DNA of 64,000 nt, taken from Macrostomum lignano. Its lineage: Eukaryota. Positions 53,001 through 64,000 of this stretch are shown here, piece by piece. The notes under the pieces are model-generated. The model saw nothing but the letters and a program-made list of their open reading frames with translations, was not told where the DNA came from and made no database searches. Within the stretch, counting starts at the first letter, position 1, and each line of letters opens with the position of its first letter. Position numbers and translations under genes: made by a program. The stretch lies in NCBI GenBank assembly GCA_002269645.1, contig NIVC01002072.1, positions 1 to 64,000 on the forward strand. The letters are read 5' to 3'.

Positions 53001-54682
53001 TAACTGCGACGGCGACTGCGGCGTCGGGCTCGGCGGTAGCATCTTCGACGGACGGGTCTGCGGGAGTCGGCGGTGTCGCTGTCGGTGCCGCGGCATCCGG
53101 CTCGATGGACGACACCGACGTAGTGGGGTTCGCCTCCTGCCCGTTGGGCGCGCAGACTTTCGTGCCGTTCGTTGTTGGGGTTCGCATCGGCCTGGCGGAA
53201 CATCCGGACAGCGACGGAGAGCAGCAGCACCACCAGCTGCACCATCATCACCATCCGCATCATCACCAGACCTCTCCAGCCGCTGGCCACCTTCACGGCT
53301 CCGGCACTCCGCCGCAGAGCCCCAATTTGAACGACGGCGGCGGCGGCGGCGGTAGCGGCGGCGGCGAGTTTGTGGACCTCCAGTTGGACTACTGGACTGC
53401 GGGCAACGAGCGCAAGACCGCTCTTAAGCCGGCCTTCCGGGCGTTGTACATCAGTCGGCTGGCGCAGCCAGCTGCTGCGGATGACAAAACCTCTGCCTCT
53501 GGAGGCCCCAGCGGTGGCGCCGGAGCGGGTGGCTCGGTCAGCGCTAGAGGCCTCGTCATGACTGTGGTCAATCGGGAGAAAAAACAGAAAAGTGAGCCCT
53601 GACTTATCGCCGCTTCATAGGGTAATCAGCTGGAGTAACTAAGGCTGCATCGGCGCGGCTGATTCGCGCCTCGTCCCCTGATTCGATTTCGTGCGCGGCC
53701 GCATTCGTTTGGGACTTGTGCAGGAAAAATTGGCCGGGGGATTGCTGACGATTGGAATGTCACCCTTTGCGTGTGTATGAGTGCGTGTCTGCATACAGTA
53801 TTGGCGCGCTTGTATGTGCTTAAGACAGGAGTCAGCGGAATTTTCCAGAGATACTTAAAAGCTGCTGACTGTACGAGTAGTATTTTGTGCAAAAGTAAAC
53901 AGCTGGAGCAACTATGACTTTAACTGTGTACTAAAATGCCTCGTCATGTAATTAATTTGCAGTAATGCGCCTCGGCAAGAAAGGCAAGGAGACCGAGGGT
54001 AAACGCGAAGTTGTAGAAAATCTATCTAGGCTAATTTGCACTAGCAAGAGCCAGAGTCATCCCATGAAAGGTAAGACAGAAGTCTCATATGTTAATGAAA
54101 CCTTTTTCCTATTGCTGTGTCGTTAGGACTGTCTTAGTAATTTTTGTTCAGTTCATGTGCACTCGTCTTCTCTTTACTCTTTTTTCTCTGCCTCGTCCTC
54201 TCTGTCCAGTTCAGTCTTGTTATTCTTATCTCTCTCCCTAGCTGCCTTCTGATTGGCTGGCTCTTTAATCTCGTCTCTTTCCCCAGTCGCGCATTCCTAC
54301 CCCTGCAGGGTGGGCCAATAGACACAGCGGGGAGACAAGGCTCGCCTTTTCTGCTACACGTCTACCCCTCCTTTTCTTATCTGCACTCAACCCCAACCCC
54401 CCCCCCCTAATTTAATGTCTTATCTATACAACTCGTTTGGGCCCTGAGCCCGCGCAACTTACTAGTACTGTTTTATTACCAATTCCAACTAATACAAATA
54501 TATAATTCAACGGTTGTCTATTCTTCTCTAACACGCTGAAACCAATTCCAGTTGTGGTGGACGGCGTCGACTGGTCTGGTGTGAAATTTTTCCAACTGTC
54601 ATCGCAGTGGCAAACCAACGTTAAACAGATGCCAATTGCCGTGTTTCAGGCTGGCAAAACTGCTTCGGCTATGGGCCTTTAA
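38091..54682 (+). CDS. PACS: Phosphofurin acidic cluster sorting protein (PACS1/2 family), ~948 aa; exons 38091-38179, 41131-41407, 42450-42800, 43847-43942, 48229-48654, 50199-50288, 51963-52058, 52409-53591, 53963-54070, 54552-54682
   Basis: SAFWESEKSSPCIIPR, LRSQQI, QYPHAIKRD, LQRRKKYRNLGFKT, acidic cluster, STPKPSLRRYF, FVPFVVGVRIG, DLQLDYW, SRLICTS, DGVDWSGVKFFQLSSQW. All GT-AG junction phases are consistent. The 50199-50288 exon rests on splice signals and phase only. Confidence 0.92.
40588..40766. mobile_element. Tc1/mariner-like MITE (~180 bp)
   Basis: Imperfect 21-bp TIRs (cgagggttgtcccaaaaatag / ctatttctgggacagccccta) flanked by TA on both sides. Confidence 0.6.
41460..42305. repeat. 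37-bp minisatellite in PACS intron
   Basis: gtcaaatggactcaaatatccccagacgagtctgtta, ~23 copies. Confidence 0.95.
42825..43783. repeat. 20-bp minisatellite (acacctggtgtgtgtcagtt) in PACS intron
   Basis: About 48 copies. Confidence 0.97.
44700..46432. repeat. 35-bp minisatellite in PACS intron
   Basis: atcgacactacaagcgacatcttaatcgaacattt, ~50 copies, degenerate left edge. Confidence 0.95.
47090..48127. repeat. 24-bp minisatellite (gagtgacacatctatgagcacatt) in PACS intron
   Basis: About 43 copies. Confidence 0.97.
48692..49308. mobile_element. MITE-like element filled by a 16-bp tandem repeat
   Basis: Inverted ends GCGTAGCCAGT (48692-48702) / ACTGGCTACGC (49298-49308) enclosing ~34 copies of tggcgccccttggtgc. 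Confidence 0.6.
49570..50000 (+). mobile_element. Degraded 3' end of a non-LTR retrotransposon
   Basis: Translation ISNPESKRILTQFRLG...NRKCRL...VESEVHFLF resembles the C-terminal Cys/His motif of LINE ORF2; followed by the tail shared with 27085-27310. Confidence 0.5.
50545..51363. repeat. 16-bp minisatellite (ctgctcgaatcttcac / aggctcgaatcttcac)
   Basis: About 51 copies. Confidence 0.95.
52090..52360. repeat. 34-bp minisatellite filling most of a short PACS intron
   Basis: ctgacaccaatcctcacctgttcacccacctcac, ~8 copies. Confidence 0.9.
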
Positions 54683-55659
54683 ATTGGACTGAATTAGTTA
54701 CTTAGTGCTCAGTGTTTGTATCGGTTTTATTTAGCCGTTTATTGTTTAATGTTGTTGCTGCCTAATTGACATTTAATTACCGATGTTTTGGCACATTAGG
54801 TCAGGTGTCGTATCTAGCTATGCTAGGCGGCATTCAATACTGTTGCTATAGAACATGACATACCGTTGACATACCGTCCATACCGTTGGGACATTGCTAT
54901 GCACATTGAATGTCGCTGCTGCCTGCTATAGTGGTGCTATGGCAGATAGCGTTGCTATGGTGGACACTAAACAGGCGTTGCTGTGGCGACACTAGATACT
55001 GTTGCTATGGGCATTGGATACCGCTTATATAGGCCTTTCTATATTTGTTTTCGTTCCATTTCTTTTAATAAGTTGCACACATTTTTGACTGTGGCTGCTG
55101 CGAAACCATGGTTACTGTTGCTATGCACAATTGGTCATTGTACTTTTGAGTTTTGATTCTTACAACATTCGCTGCAATTGAATTTTGATAGCTTAAAAAG
55201 TACACTTAGACCACTATGAGTATCTTCTGTCAGTTTATACCCAGCTCTCGGTTATACCCATTTTTTGTTAATTCTTGGCAGTTATAATTTTGTTAATCCA
55301 AAGTCGGTGAGTAAATGCTTGAGCTGTTGTCGTGGCTTTCGTCTGTCTTTCGCTTTCTTTTTTGTGTTTTTTTATTGGACACTTCTGGTGTAGCTTTTGA
55401 TTTTATCCGTAGCAATCGTATTGTCGTATTATTTAATTATTCTATTCCCGTGTTGTGAGCGTAGGCTGACTGTTTTTAGTTGAGTTTTAAATCGCTTTTG
55501 CTTTTTCTAATTTAGCATGCCACAGCGGCTTATAAATTCCCTGCTTCATTTTATACTTGTCGCTTGCCATATAAGGTAAATTAAATTTTTCTGCGATTTA
55601 ATTTGCGCTTGGATTTTTTGTTATTACTTAAAACATAGTTTAGGTGAGAGAGCTCAGTT

Positions 55660-55900
55660 TAGGTCATAGATAGTTCGGTTTAGCTCATAGATAGCTCGGT
55701 TTAGGTCAGATAGCTCGGTTTAGCTCATAGATAGTTTGGTTTAGCTCATAGATAGTTCAGTTTAGGTCATGGATAGCTCGGTTTAGGTCATAGATAGCTC
55801 GGTTTAGGTCATAGATAGCTCAGTTTAGGTCATAGATAGCTCGGTTTAGGTCATAGACATCTCAGATTCTCAGGTAAGGTCATAGATAGCTCAGTTTAGG
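55660..55900. repeat. 21-bp minisatellite (catagatagctcggtttaggt)
   Basis: Direct reading. Confidence 0.88.
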
Positions 55901-56582
55901 TTAAATCTTCGTAAAAAATTAATTACCAAAAAACTGCATTATGTCGAACGTTTTTCTGTCAGCTTGCGCTGACTCCGCAACTTCTACTTACAGTTAAGTG
56001 TAATAAAATAACGCACAACTTCAAATTTACCTGGAAGTTGCACCGTCTGTTATGCAGCAGATACACACATTCGTTGCTAGAAAATCTTCTTTACTCAACT
56101 GCCGGTTGCTTGTGCAATCCTGATTTTTCTGAATGCATTCTATTGTTTAATTTCCAGTGTCTAAAAATAATTTTAATTTATCTTTGAACTTCTTTGAAAC
56201 TGAAGATATTTTGTTTGTCAGAATCGTCACAAAAAGCGTTTTCCAAGAACGGTACAGCTTCAGTTATAAATCAACCAAAATTTACATCCAAGGTAATTTA
56301 AAAAGTATTTCTTGCTTTTTGAAACAATGGCAACGTACAGTACTAATTATACTAAAGCTATTCAATTCATAATCTGTTTAAATTGTCTGATTGTTTTTAG
56401 CAGCAAATTCAGTTAACATTTGTGTTGTACCCGCTTTGTGTATTGTCGTTCAAAAATTATCAAAAATTTTTATTAAAATTGTAAAATATAAAAATTATTA
56501 CAATTGACTGCAAGTTTGTTAATTTGCTATTGTGGAATTTGTTCTTTCTTTCGGTCAGTAGCTGGTTTATAGGCTTGAAATG

Positions 56583-57008
56583 ACACTCCTAGATCCTCTC
56601 TGGGTGCTAATGGCACTCTCCCAGATCCTCTCTGGGTGCTAATGGCACTCCCAGATCCTCTCTTGGTGCTAATGGCACTCTCCCAGATCCTCCTTGGGTG
56701 CTAATGGCACTCTCCCAGATCCTCTCTGGGTGCTAATGGCACTCTCCCAGATCCTCTCTGGGTGCTAATGGCACTCTCCCAGATCCTCTCTAGGATGCTA
56801 ATGGCACTCTCCCAGATTCTCTCTAGGATGCTAATGGCACTCTCCCAGATCCTCTCTGGGTGCTAATGGCACTCTCCCAGATTCTCTCTAGGATGCTAAT
56901 GGCACTCTCCCAGATCCTCTCTGGGTGCTAATGGCACTCTCCCAGATCCTCTCTGGGTGCTAATGGCACTCTCCCAGATCCTCTCTGGGTGTTAACGGCA
57001 CTCTCTCA
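56583..57008. repeat. 32-bp minisatellite upstream of MRPL27
   Basis: ctaatggcactctcccagatcctctctgggtg, ~13 copies. Confidence 0.93.
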
Positions 57009-57100
57009 GCTCATTTAACCCAGATTCTAGTCTAGATGCTTAGGCCAATGGTGGGAGCTGGCAATCCAGATCGCTCACAACCGATCTACTAAATGCTTGC

Positions 57101-58347
57101 ATGTCTGCTATCGCGAGCCACTGCGGCTGTGCGCTGCGTCGTCTCCTGTTTCTAGCGCCGCTTGCTTCGGCGACAGCGGCGGCTTATCCCGCTGCCTCCG
57201 TCTGCCAGCGGCGCGGCTACCCGGGCGGCGTCAAGAAGGTGCCGGATTTGGAGGATCATCCGAAACGGCGCAAGGGCCGTCACGTTCACCCGATTCCCAA
57301 CAGCCAATACCGCGGCTTCACTGTTAACGAGGGCTCCAGGGTAAAACCTTTTTTGGGGCCGATTTGTTTTACCTTGAAGTCTTCTTTGGAATCTTTTGCT
57401 CCTCGCTATGGTCCCCTCAGCTGAAACTTATCACGGTCCCTCAGCTGCACCTCATTATGATTCCTCAGCTGCACCTCATCATGGTCCCTCAGCTGCACCT
57501 CATCATGGTCCCTCAGCTGCACCTTATTCTGATCCCTCAGCTGCACGTCAACATGATCCCTCAGCTGCACCTCATCATGATCCCTCAGCTGCACCTCATC
57601 ATGATCCCTTAGCTGCACCTCATCATGGTCCCTCAGCTGCACCTTATTCTGATCCCTCAGCTGCACCTCATTATGATTCCTCAGCTGCACCTCATCATGG
57701 TCCCTCCCTCAGCTGCACCTTATTCTGATCCCTCAGCTGCACCTCATTATGATTCCTCAGCTGCACCTCATCATGGTCCCTCAGCTGCACCTCATCATGG
57801 TCCCTCAGCTGCACCTTATTCTGATCCCTCAGCTGCACCTCATCATGGTCCCTCAGCTGCACCTCATCATGATACCTCAGCTACACCTCAGCATGATCCC
57901 TCAGCTGCACCTCAGCATGATCCCTCAGCTGCACCAAATCATGATCCTTCAGCTGCACCTCATCATAGTCCCTCAGCTGCACCTCATCATGATCCCTCAG
58001 GTGCACCCACCTCATCATGGTCCCTCGGCCGAACCGCATAGTACCTAGCTTCCCCTCAACTCACCGCTCCACCACGCCAGGTGCGAACAAACGACGTCGT
58101 GTTGCGCCAAATCGGGCTTCAATTTTATCCTGGCGAGAATGTACGCTTGAACAGGGACAACTGGGACCTCGTGGCCGAGTCCAACGGCCGTCTGTTGCTG
58201 ACCACCGAGCTGCTGGATCCGCTGCCGGACAGTCCGCTCTACGAGCTTGTGAAATCTGGCCAGGCATTTGAAAAAGTTTTTGTGCACGTGGTACGCATGC
58301 CGGAAGACGAGCTCAAGGCCGAGTACCAACTGGTGTCGCTTGTCTGA
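57101..58347 (+). CDS. MRPL27: Mitochondrial ribosomal protein bL27m (168 aa); exons 57101-57340, 58081-58347
   Basis: Presequence-like N terminus; VVLRQIGLQFYPGENV, ELLDPLPDSP, KVFVHVVR, YQLVSLV resemble the L27 family. Phase-0 GT-AG intron. Confidence 0.82.
57412..58028. repeat. 24-bp minisatellite in MRPL27 intron
   Basis: cctcagctgcacctcatcatgatc, ~25 copies. Confidence 0.95.
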
Positions 58348-59842
58348 CTGTATTTCGTTGCTACCACAATATCTTGTTGACTTTGTGCATTAAATATAGC
58401 CGCAGAAGGCGACTTGTTTTGCTAAAATGTATTTACATGTACTCGATACGAAGGCTTCACTGCTTTAGTCAGTTTTTCTTTGCATAACTTATTTCGGCAC
58501 CTATTATCAATGGTTTAGAAATTCAATGGCTATCTTTGTCCTGGACTATAGTTCTCAGTGTAAGAAAGCTACTTAATATATGTAAATTAATTCACTACTG
58601 CAGTTGTCTAGTCGTTACTATTTAATTATGAACGATTCATTTGAATGTGCAATCTCGAGCTACATGCTTGTTGATTTGTTGATTATTTACTTAACAAGCT
58701 ATGTGGATAGTCATCAAAATACAGTTTTATGCATGTGGATGCAAAAAAATATGAAAACTTAATTAGTACTTAAATTTGTGCTTGGAAAAGTTTCATGATG
58801 GATGTCATTGGTTTTTAAATAGGCGCTACATGCAGTGGTGATAAAATGCAATAATAAGCAAACGTTATTTGATAGTGTGTATTAGTCCTTTAGATTTATC
58901 AATATATGATGAATTTAAATATCTTCGCCACTAAAAATATATCTAAAGTATGTTTACCTAAAAAATCTGGAAAAGCCGAACTTGTACGCATTTTAACAAA
59001 CAACACTATACAAGTAATGCAAACGACACAGTTAATCTACTAAATGTAAACAGAAGTCAATGGTATTTTTATTTTACTAGGTTTTTTAGATAATATACTT
59101 CTGCAGACGGTGCTTAGCAAATTTTTTGGTTGCAGTTTTTTATTACTTTTTAATATTAATTTTTACCATCAGTGCAGCACAGCAGTGCAGATCTGCATCT
59201 TGTCTAGATATAAACTCCTAACTTTTTATTTCGAATTGATTGCCTACATTTTGCGTAATTTAAGCAGCTAATAAAGAAATGGCCTCATTGGCTTCCAGGG
59301 TTTTTCTTCCTAAGCAGTGTAAGCTTCTAATCATTTCTAATTTTTATGCACTTGGCCTACCTACACTAACAGCAAATCACCAATTAATGCTTGCCCAGGC
59401 ATGCAATATCTTATATTTTTTGTTTAGTTTTATTAATTACTTTTACCTTAAGCATATTTGCAAAGTATTTTGCTTAATAAATATGCAACCAATGTATCCA
59501 TGAGTCATAGCCTATTAATTATTAATGCCAAAGCCACCTACAAAGATTCCAGTTGTCTATTTTCCACTGTAACATCTTTCAAATATTTATTCTAGAATCC
59601 AAAGACAAAGTAGCATCCTTGCAATATAAGGAAACTTGTATTGTTTCCTGCAATGAAACTAAGAAACATAGTAAGTTTCAAAGATTCTTTAAAAGGCCTT
59701 TAATAAAGATCCCTTGCCAATATGCAATCCTGATATTTAATTTCAGGCAAATTTAATTTTAAATATAAGTTTAAGGCAATTTTTTAGGCATTGCAAAGGT
59801 TTAAGCTAAGGCCTATTCTAGAAATGCCTGGGCCATATATGG

Positions 59843-61079
59843 ATGGTGACTAGTCATTTCGTCAAAAACCTTTTAGTTTTAGTCAAAAGCCTTTTCGTCA
59901 AATAGTCATTTGGTCAGTTCGTCAAAGTGTGTGCATAGTTTCAAATGTAAATTGAAGTTACTCTAGATCCATAGTCAGGATCATGTTATGGTATACGCCA
60001 GAATAAAAAGTCCCCTAAAAAATCTACGCCACTTCATACTGAAATGTACACCAAGGAGGTCCTAGGAACTTACGCCAGGTTTTCTAGGCTTTGCAACAAT
60101 AAATGACCTTTTTGCATGTTACACATTTTTAACAATAAAAATTTAACAAATGTGTGGTTTTCATTTAAAGTAAATTGGCTTATAGTAATGCCAACAAAAA
60201 TCAATTTTTTGTTTAACTATTTTTTAGAAAATTAACACAATTAGTTTGCATGGAATTTTAAATTTTTATAAATCACAAATAGTTATGAACTTTCATCTTA
60301 CAAGTTTTATGCTTTTTATGATTTTATAATAAGATTCTGAGGTTACGGCGTTATGCCAACAATTATTAATATTAACTTTGGCATGAAGGTTGGAGTTGGC
60401 ATATGCTGCTTGGCATATTTATGCCACAACATCACCAAAAAATATGCAAATATATTTTGCCTCATTTTTTTATGCCAATTAATTATATGCCAAAAAAAAG
60501 AAAAATTTTCAATTGTATGCTGGAAATTTTTGGCATAATGTATATCATCCTGACTATGGCTCTAGATTAGTCACATGTATACTCAATAGGTTAGCATTAA
60601 AAAAGAAGTATACTGCTTGTTTAAAATAACATTTCTAAGAAAAGGCACAAATTGTAGTAGTTAGCTAGTCAGATTATTCATAATTTGCATAGTAAAATAT
60701 CAAAACCATGCAATTGTACCATTATTGATATTAATATTAATGAAATAATATAATAAGAGCATAATTTCACTAAGTAAAATACTGTGTTCATCACAAAGCT
60801 AAGAATCAAGATGTAAAGGAAATAATTAAAAGTTAAGGTTAGGGTTATCCTTTTTCATGTTTCATTCTTAGAAACACTTTGCTTAAACAAAAGGTAGTGA
60901 TGTCCTTTTGATATAGATTTATCTTGACATTAAATTATTTATTTTAAAAACTAATTAAATTATTTAAAAATTAATTACAGTGGGCTCTATTTTATCTACC
61001 GTTTGACAAAATGACCAATTTACTATTTGACAAAAAGGCTTTTGACAAAATGGTATTTGACAAAATGACCTGGAACCAT
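59843..61079. mobile_element. Non-autonomous DNA transposon with ~80-bp imperfect TIRs
   Basis: 59843-59925 (atggt...gtcatttcgtcaa...aaagccttttcgtcaaatagtcatttggtca) matches the reverse complement of 61000-61079. Confidence 0.65.
59969..60559. mobile_element. MITE, TIR CCATAGTCAGGA, 8-bp TSD CTCTAGAT (nested in the element above)
   Basis: TIRs at both ends; ctctagat at 59961-59968 and 60560-60567. Confidence 0.85.
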
Positions 61080-61770
61080 TTGGACTATGTATAGTCTGGA
61101 TCATGCTTGGTGCATGCCCAAACAAAAATCAATAAGTACAAATGCATGCCAAAAAATTGAGTGCATACCTATTATTAAAACTCAGTTGGTATTGCAATAA
61201 TAAATAACCTTTTTTACATTGTGACAATAAATGACCTTTTTTCATTGTGTAAAAAGCCCTTTTTGACAGATAATTTAGTTAATTTTTCTGCTTTTTTTGG
61301 CAATACTATTTATATTAGAAAATTGATACATGCAAAGATTTGTTTAAATGCCTTATTACAAGCTTAAAAACTTGTAAAGTGGGAAATTTTTGCTTAAAAA
61401 TGAACTTTTTTCACATTTTTTCTACTTCACAATTACTCTTCTGCGTGATTCTATGCAGTGCACACCAGGTATATTTTCTTAGGACTGATGCACGCCAACT
61501 ATACATGTCCACTTTTGGCTTGCAAGGCCAATGCATACCCAAATTTTTGGGCATATATTATAATTTATATGATCTAGTGTGGTAAAAATCTAGCGATATT
61601 ACTACTATTAGACTTATTCTTTTTAATAAGCATGGATATATAGATAATGAAGTTAAAAATGATGGCATTTGTTATTTGCATGATACTATATAAATAGTAC
61701 TATTGTTATTTATACAGTAGCTAATATAAAGACTAGTTTTAAATATTATATAATAGTAATTTTAACAATG

Positions 61771-62335
61771 CCATAGTCAGGAAGGTGACCTTTTTGCTTG
61801 AAAATTCCAGTGTGCATAAGCTCTTCATAGTTCATTTGGTGTGCATTTAGTGTGCTCAAATCTTAAAAAAAATTGCATTTGGAATATTGCATATACAACA
61901 AAATTGCATTTGGCATACAAAAAAGTAGTATACAAAAAGCTATTTAAAAATGCAAGTATTGTCAGTTTCTGTTACAAAAGGTATCAACATTTCAAAGAAA
62001 GGTTGCAGTTCAAAGATGATAAGAGTGCAAAAAAATTTATAAAATGTGATTATGCTATTTATTTTAAAACAATTTAAGTACCAGGACTTCATATAACTAC
62101 AAGTTATTATAATTGAAAAATAGACACGAAACTTATTTTGTTATAATCTAAATATAAATGTCAAATGGAAAAATGGAAAAAGGTCCTTTATTGTTGTAGT
62201 GCAAAAGTAAAGTTGCATAATTTTTTAATTTTGGCATACATGACAATCACATCCAATTTTTGGCGTAATTTGGCATCATAGAGACCTTTTCCCAAATTTA
62301 ATTCTAGCATGCACATGCCACCTTCCTGACTATGA
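61771..62335. mobile_element. MITE of the same TIR family, 8-bp TSD TAACAATG
   Basis: CATAGTCAGGAAGGTG 61772-61787 / CACCTTCCTGACTATG 62319-62334; taacaatg at 61763-61770 and 62336-62343. Confidence 0.85.
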
Positions 62336-64000
62336 TAACAATGTATTTGATTATAAATTTATCCTTTTAAAGATAAATGAGTTATATTCTTATCTATTTC
62401 TTTTAAAACACCTTTTGGTCAACTTATGGTCAACTTTATAACTTGACCAATTTTTGAAAGTAATGTGTCTTTTAGGCAAATGAGATTTATCAACTAGAAT
62501 AAAAATTGAAAAAATATAAGAAAATAATTTTTAAAAATCTTATTAGTCCTTATTCTTTGTTTAAGACTAGCAAAACTATATACAGTCTAGGTTTTTTGTA
62601 GTGTTCCGCCATAAAGAGGGTCCATATACCATAGCCATATGCAAAACTATGGCTTATTCCAATTCTCTGTATTCCATAGCCATAGGGACCCCTATTCCTA
62701 TATTCCCCTATACCCCTATACCCCTATATTCCTATAGTTCCCATAGCTGTAGCCATAGTTTTAACAAAAAGTCTAGAAAACAAAATATTTTGAATCAAGA
62801 AGATAACCTAGTGCTTAAACAATTGCAAATTAAGTTAGAAAATAAAAGAAACACTCAATTGCCTTTGTAAGATTATATTTTGTCTTTTTTCAAAGCAATA
62901 ATACTTTATCGTTACTGAGAGTACTAATGCTAAACGTTTTCACATTAATAAAAATTAATGTTTGCTAGTGTTTTATTGTACTTTTTTTAGGTATATTTTA
63001 AAAGTTTCTAAGTTGATAATACAGTTTACTAAAAGTATCTTTGTTTTACTCTACCTGTTTCTAATATTTTTCAATTTTTTAACATTAATAACTATGGCTA
63101 TAGGAATCTACAGAATGTGACAACAACTACCATATTTCTGTAGACATAGCCGTAAGAGCAGCTAGCTACTGTAGGCATATTTGTAGCTTCCATAGGCACC
63201 TATTTTACCATATTTGCCATAGCTATGGCTACAGCAAAATGCTAATTATTTGGCCTAAGTTCAAGGCTGGGATATTTTTATATATCATTATTTATATATC
63301 ACCTAGCCTGATTCCTAATTCTTGATCCAACATGATTAGGAATCATGTTGGCAATACATATGTAAGTCATTAATGGCTAAAAGTAGTCATATGACTACTG
63401 TAGCAGAGCACTTAATACAATTCAAATAGAAAGAAAGAAATAGCGGTGACTTAAATTAACTATTAAATTTATTATTAATTATTCTAGGTTATTTATTTAG
63501 TTGTAGAACTTGACAAAAAATAATATAACTTATATTTAAAGTTACTAGGCCTAGGGGCACAGTCTTGGCAGTAGCAGAGTGACTAAGTCTAATATACTAA
63601 ATATAATCTAATGTTAATTTGGTTTGGTTGGCTCTATAGCCTATAGAGCAAAATTATTTCAAATAGTCTTGTCTGGTATCACTGGACTAAGGTAACGAGA
63701 CACGCCAAGCGTGAGGAGGGAGAGGAAGAGCCTACACCAAAAACACAAAACACCCGCACTCAAAACTGCAGCAAAACTGCTCCACTAAAACCTTCAATAC
63801 TAACTTCAAAAATGTGGTAACAAAAATAATAAAACAGTAGATGAAATAATAGACATAATTTTCCTATAACAAGTGCTTTCCCCCTACCCCCCATAATTAT
63901 TACAAAAAATCAATTTAAGTACACTAAAAAATCAGATAAAAACTAAAAAATATTATAACGACATTGTCACAACTACTATTCTGTCCAATATCAAGTTATA

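Noticed and set aside
15995-58048. Periodic ORFs in minisatellites (ISAVCCR, KLHVNLC, MSTLSDTS, LVLAPLGAGAP etc.)
   Set aside because: Multiple frames are open and the arrays lie in introns or intergenic DNA bounded by proper splice sites.
58350-64000. Short AT-rich ORFs in the distal region
   Set aside because: Low-complexity, no motifs, and several overlap MITEs.

Overview
AT-rich animal (metazoan) genomic DNA with GC-rich exons and introns packed with minisatellites; the style suggests a long-read flatworm assembly such as Macrostomum, but this is unverified. 1-8913 is the 3' part of a Ty3/Gypsy-like LTR element: gag, a -1 frameshift signal (GGGAAAC plus predicted pseudoknot), a retropepsin, a PPT and a ~2.2-kb 3' LTR. 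No RT, RNase H or integrase is visible. Their place is taken by an unknown ~450-aa ORF with its own promoter-like motifs and a predicted antisense spliced unit; this is the best candidate for an undescribed system. The element appears to lie in the first intron of a heparan sulfate 3-O-sulfotransferase gene (exon 9304-9635, minus strand), which is head-to-head with an intron-containing tRNA-Tyr. 9.9-31 kb is mostly repeats (an 895-bp duplication, inverted TATC/GATA tracts, a 7.9-kb 20-mer array) with a candidate micro-exon chain. Host genes follow: beta-1,4-galactosyltransferase (minus), a 10-exon PACS gene (plus) and MRPL27 (plus). A SINE, several MITEs and LINE-tail fragments are scattered through. 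Exon boundaries and frameshift repairs were worked out by hand and need confirmation.
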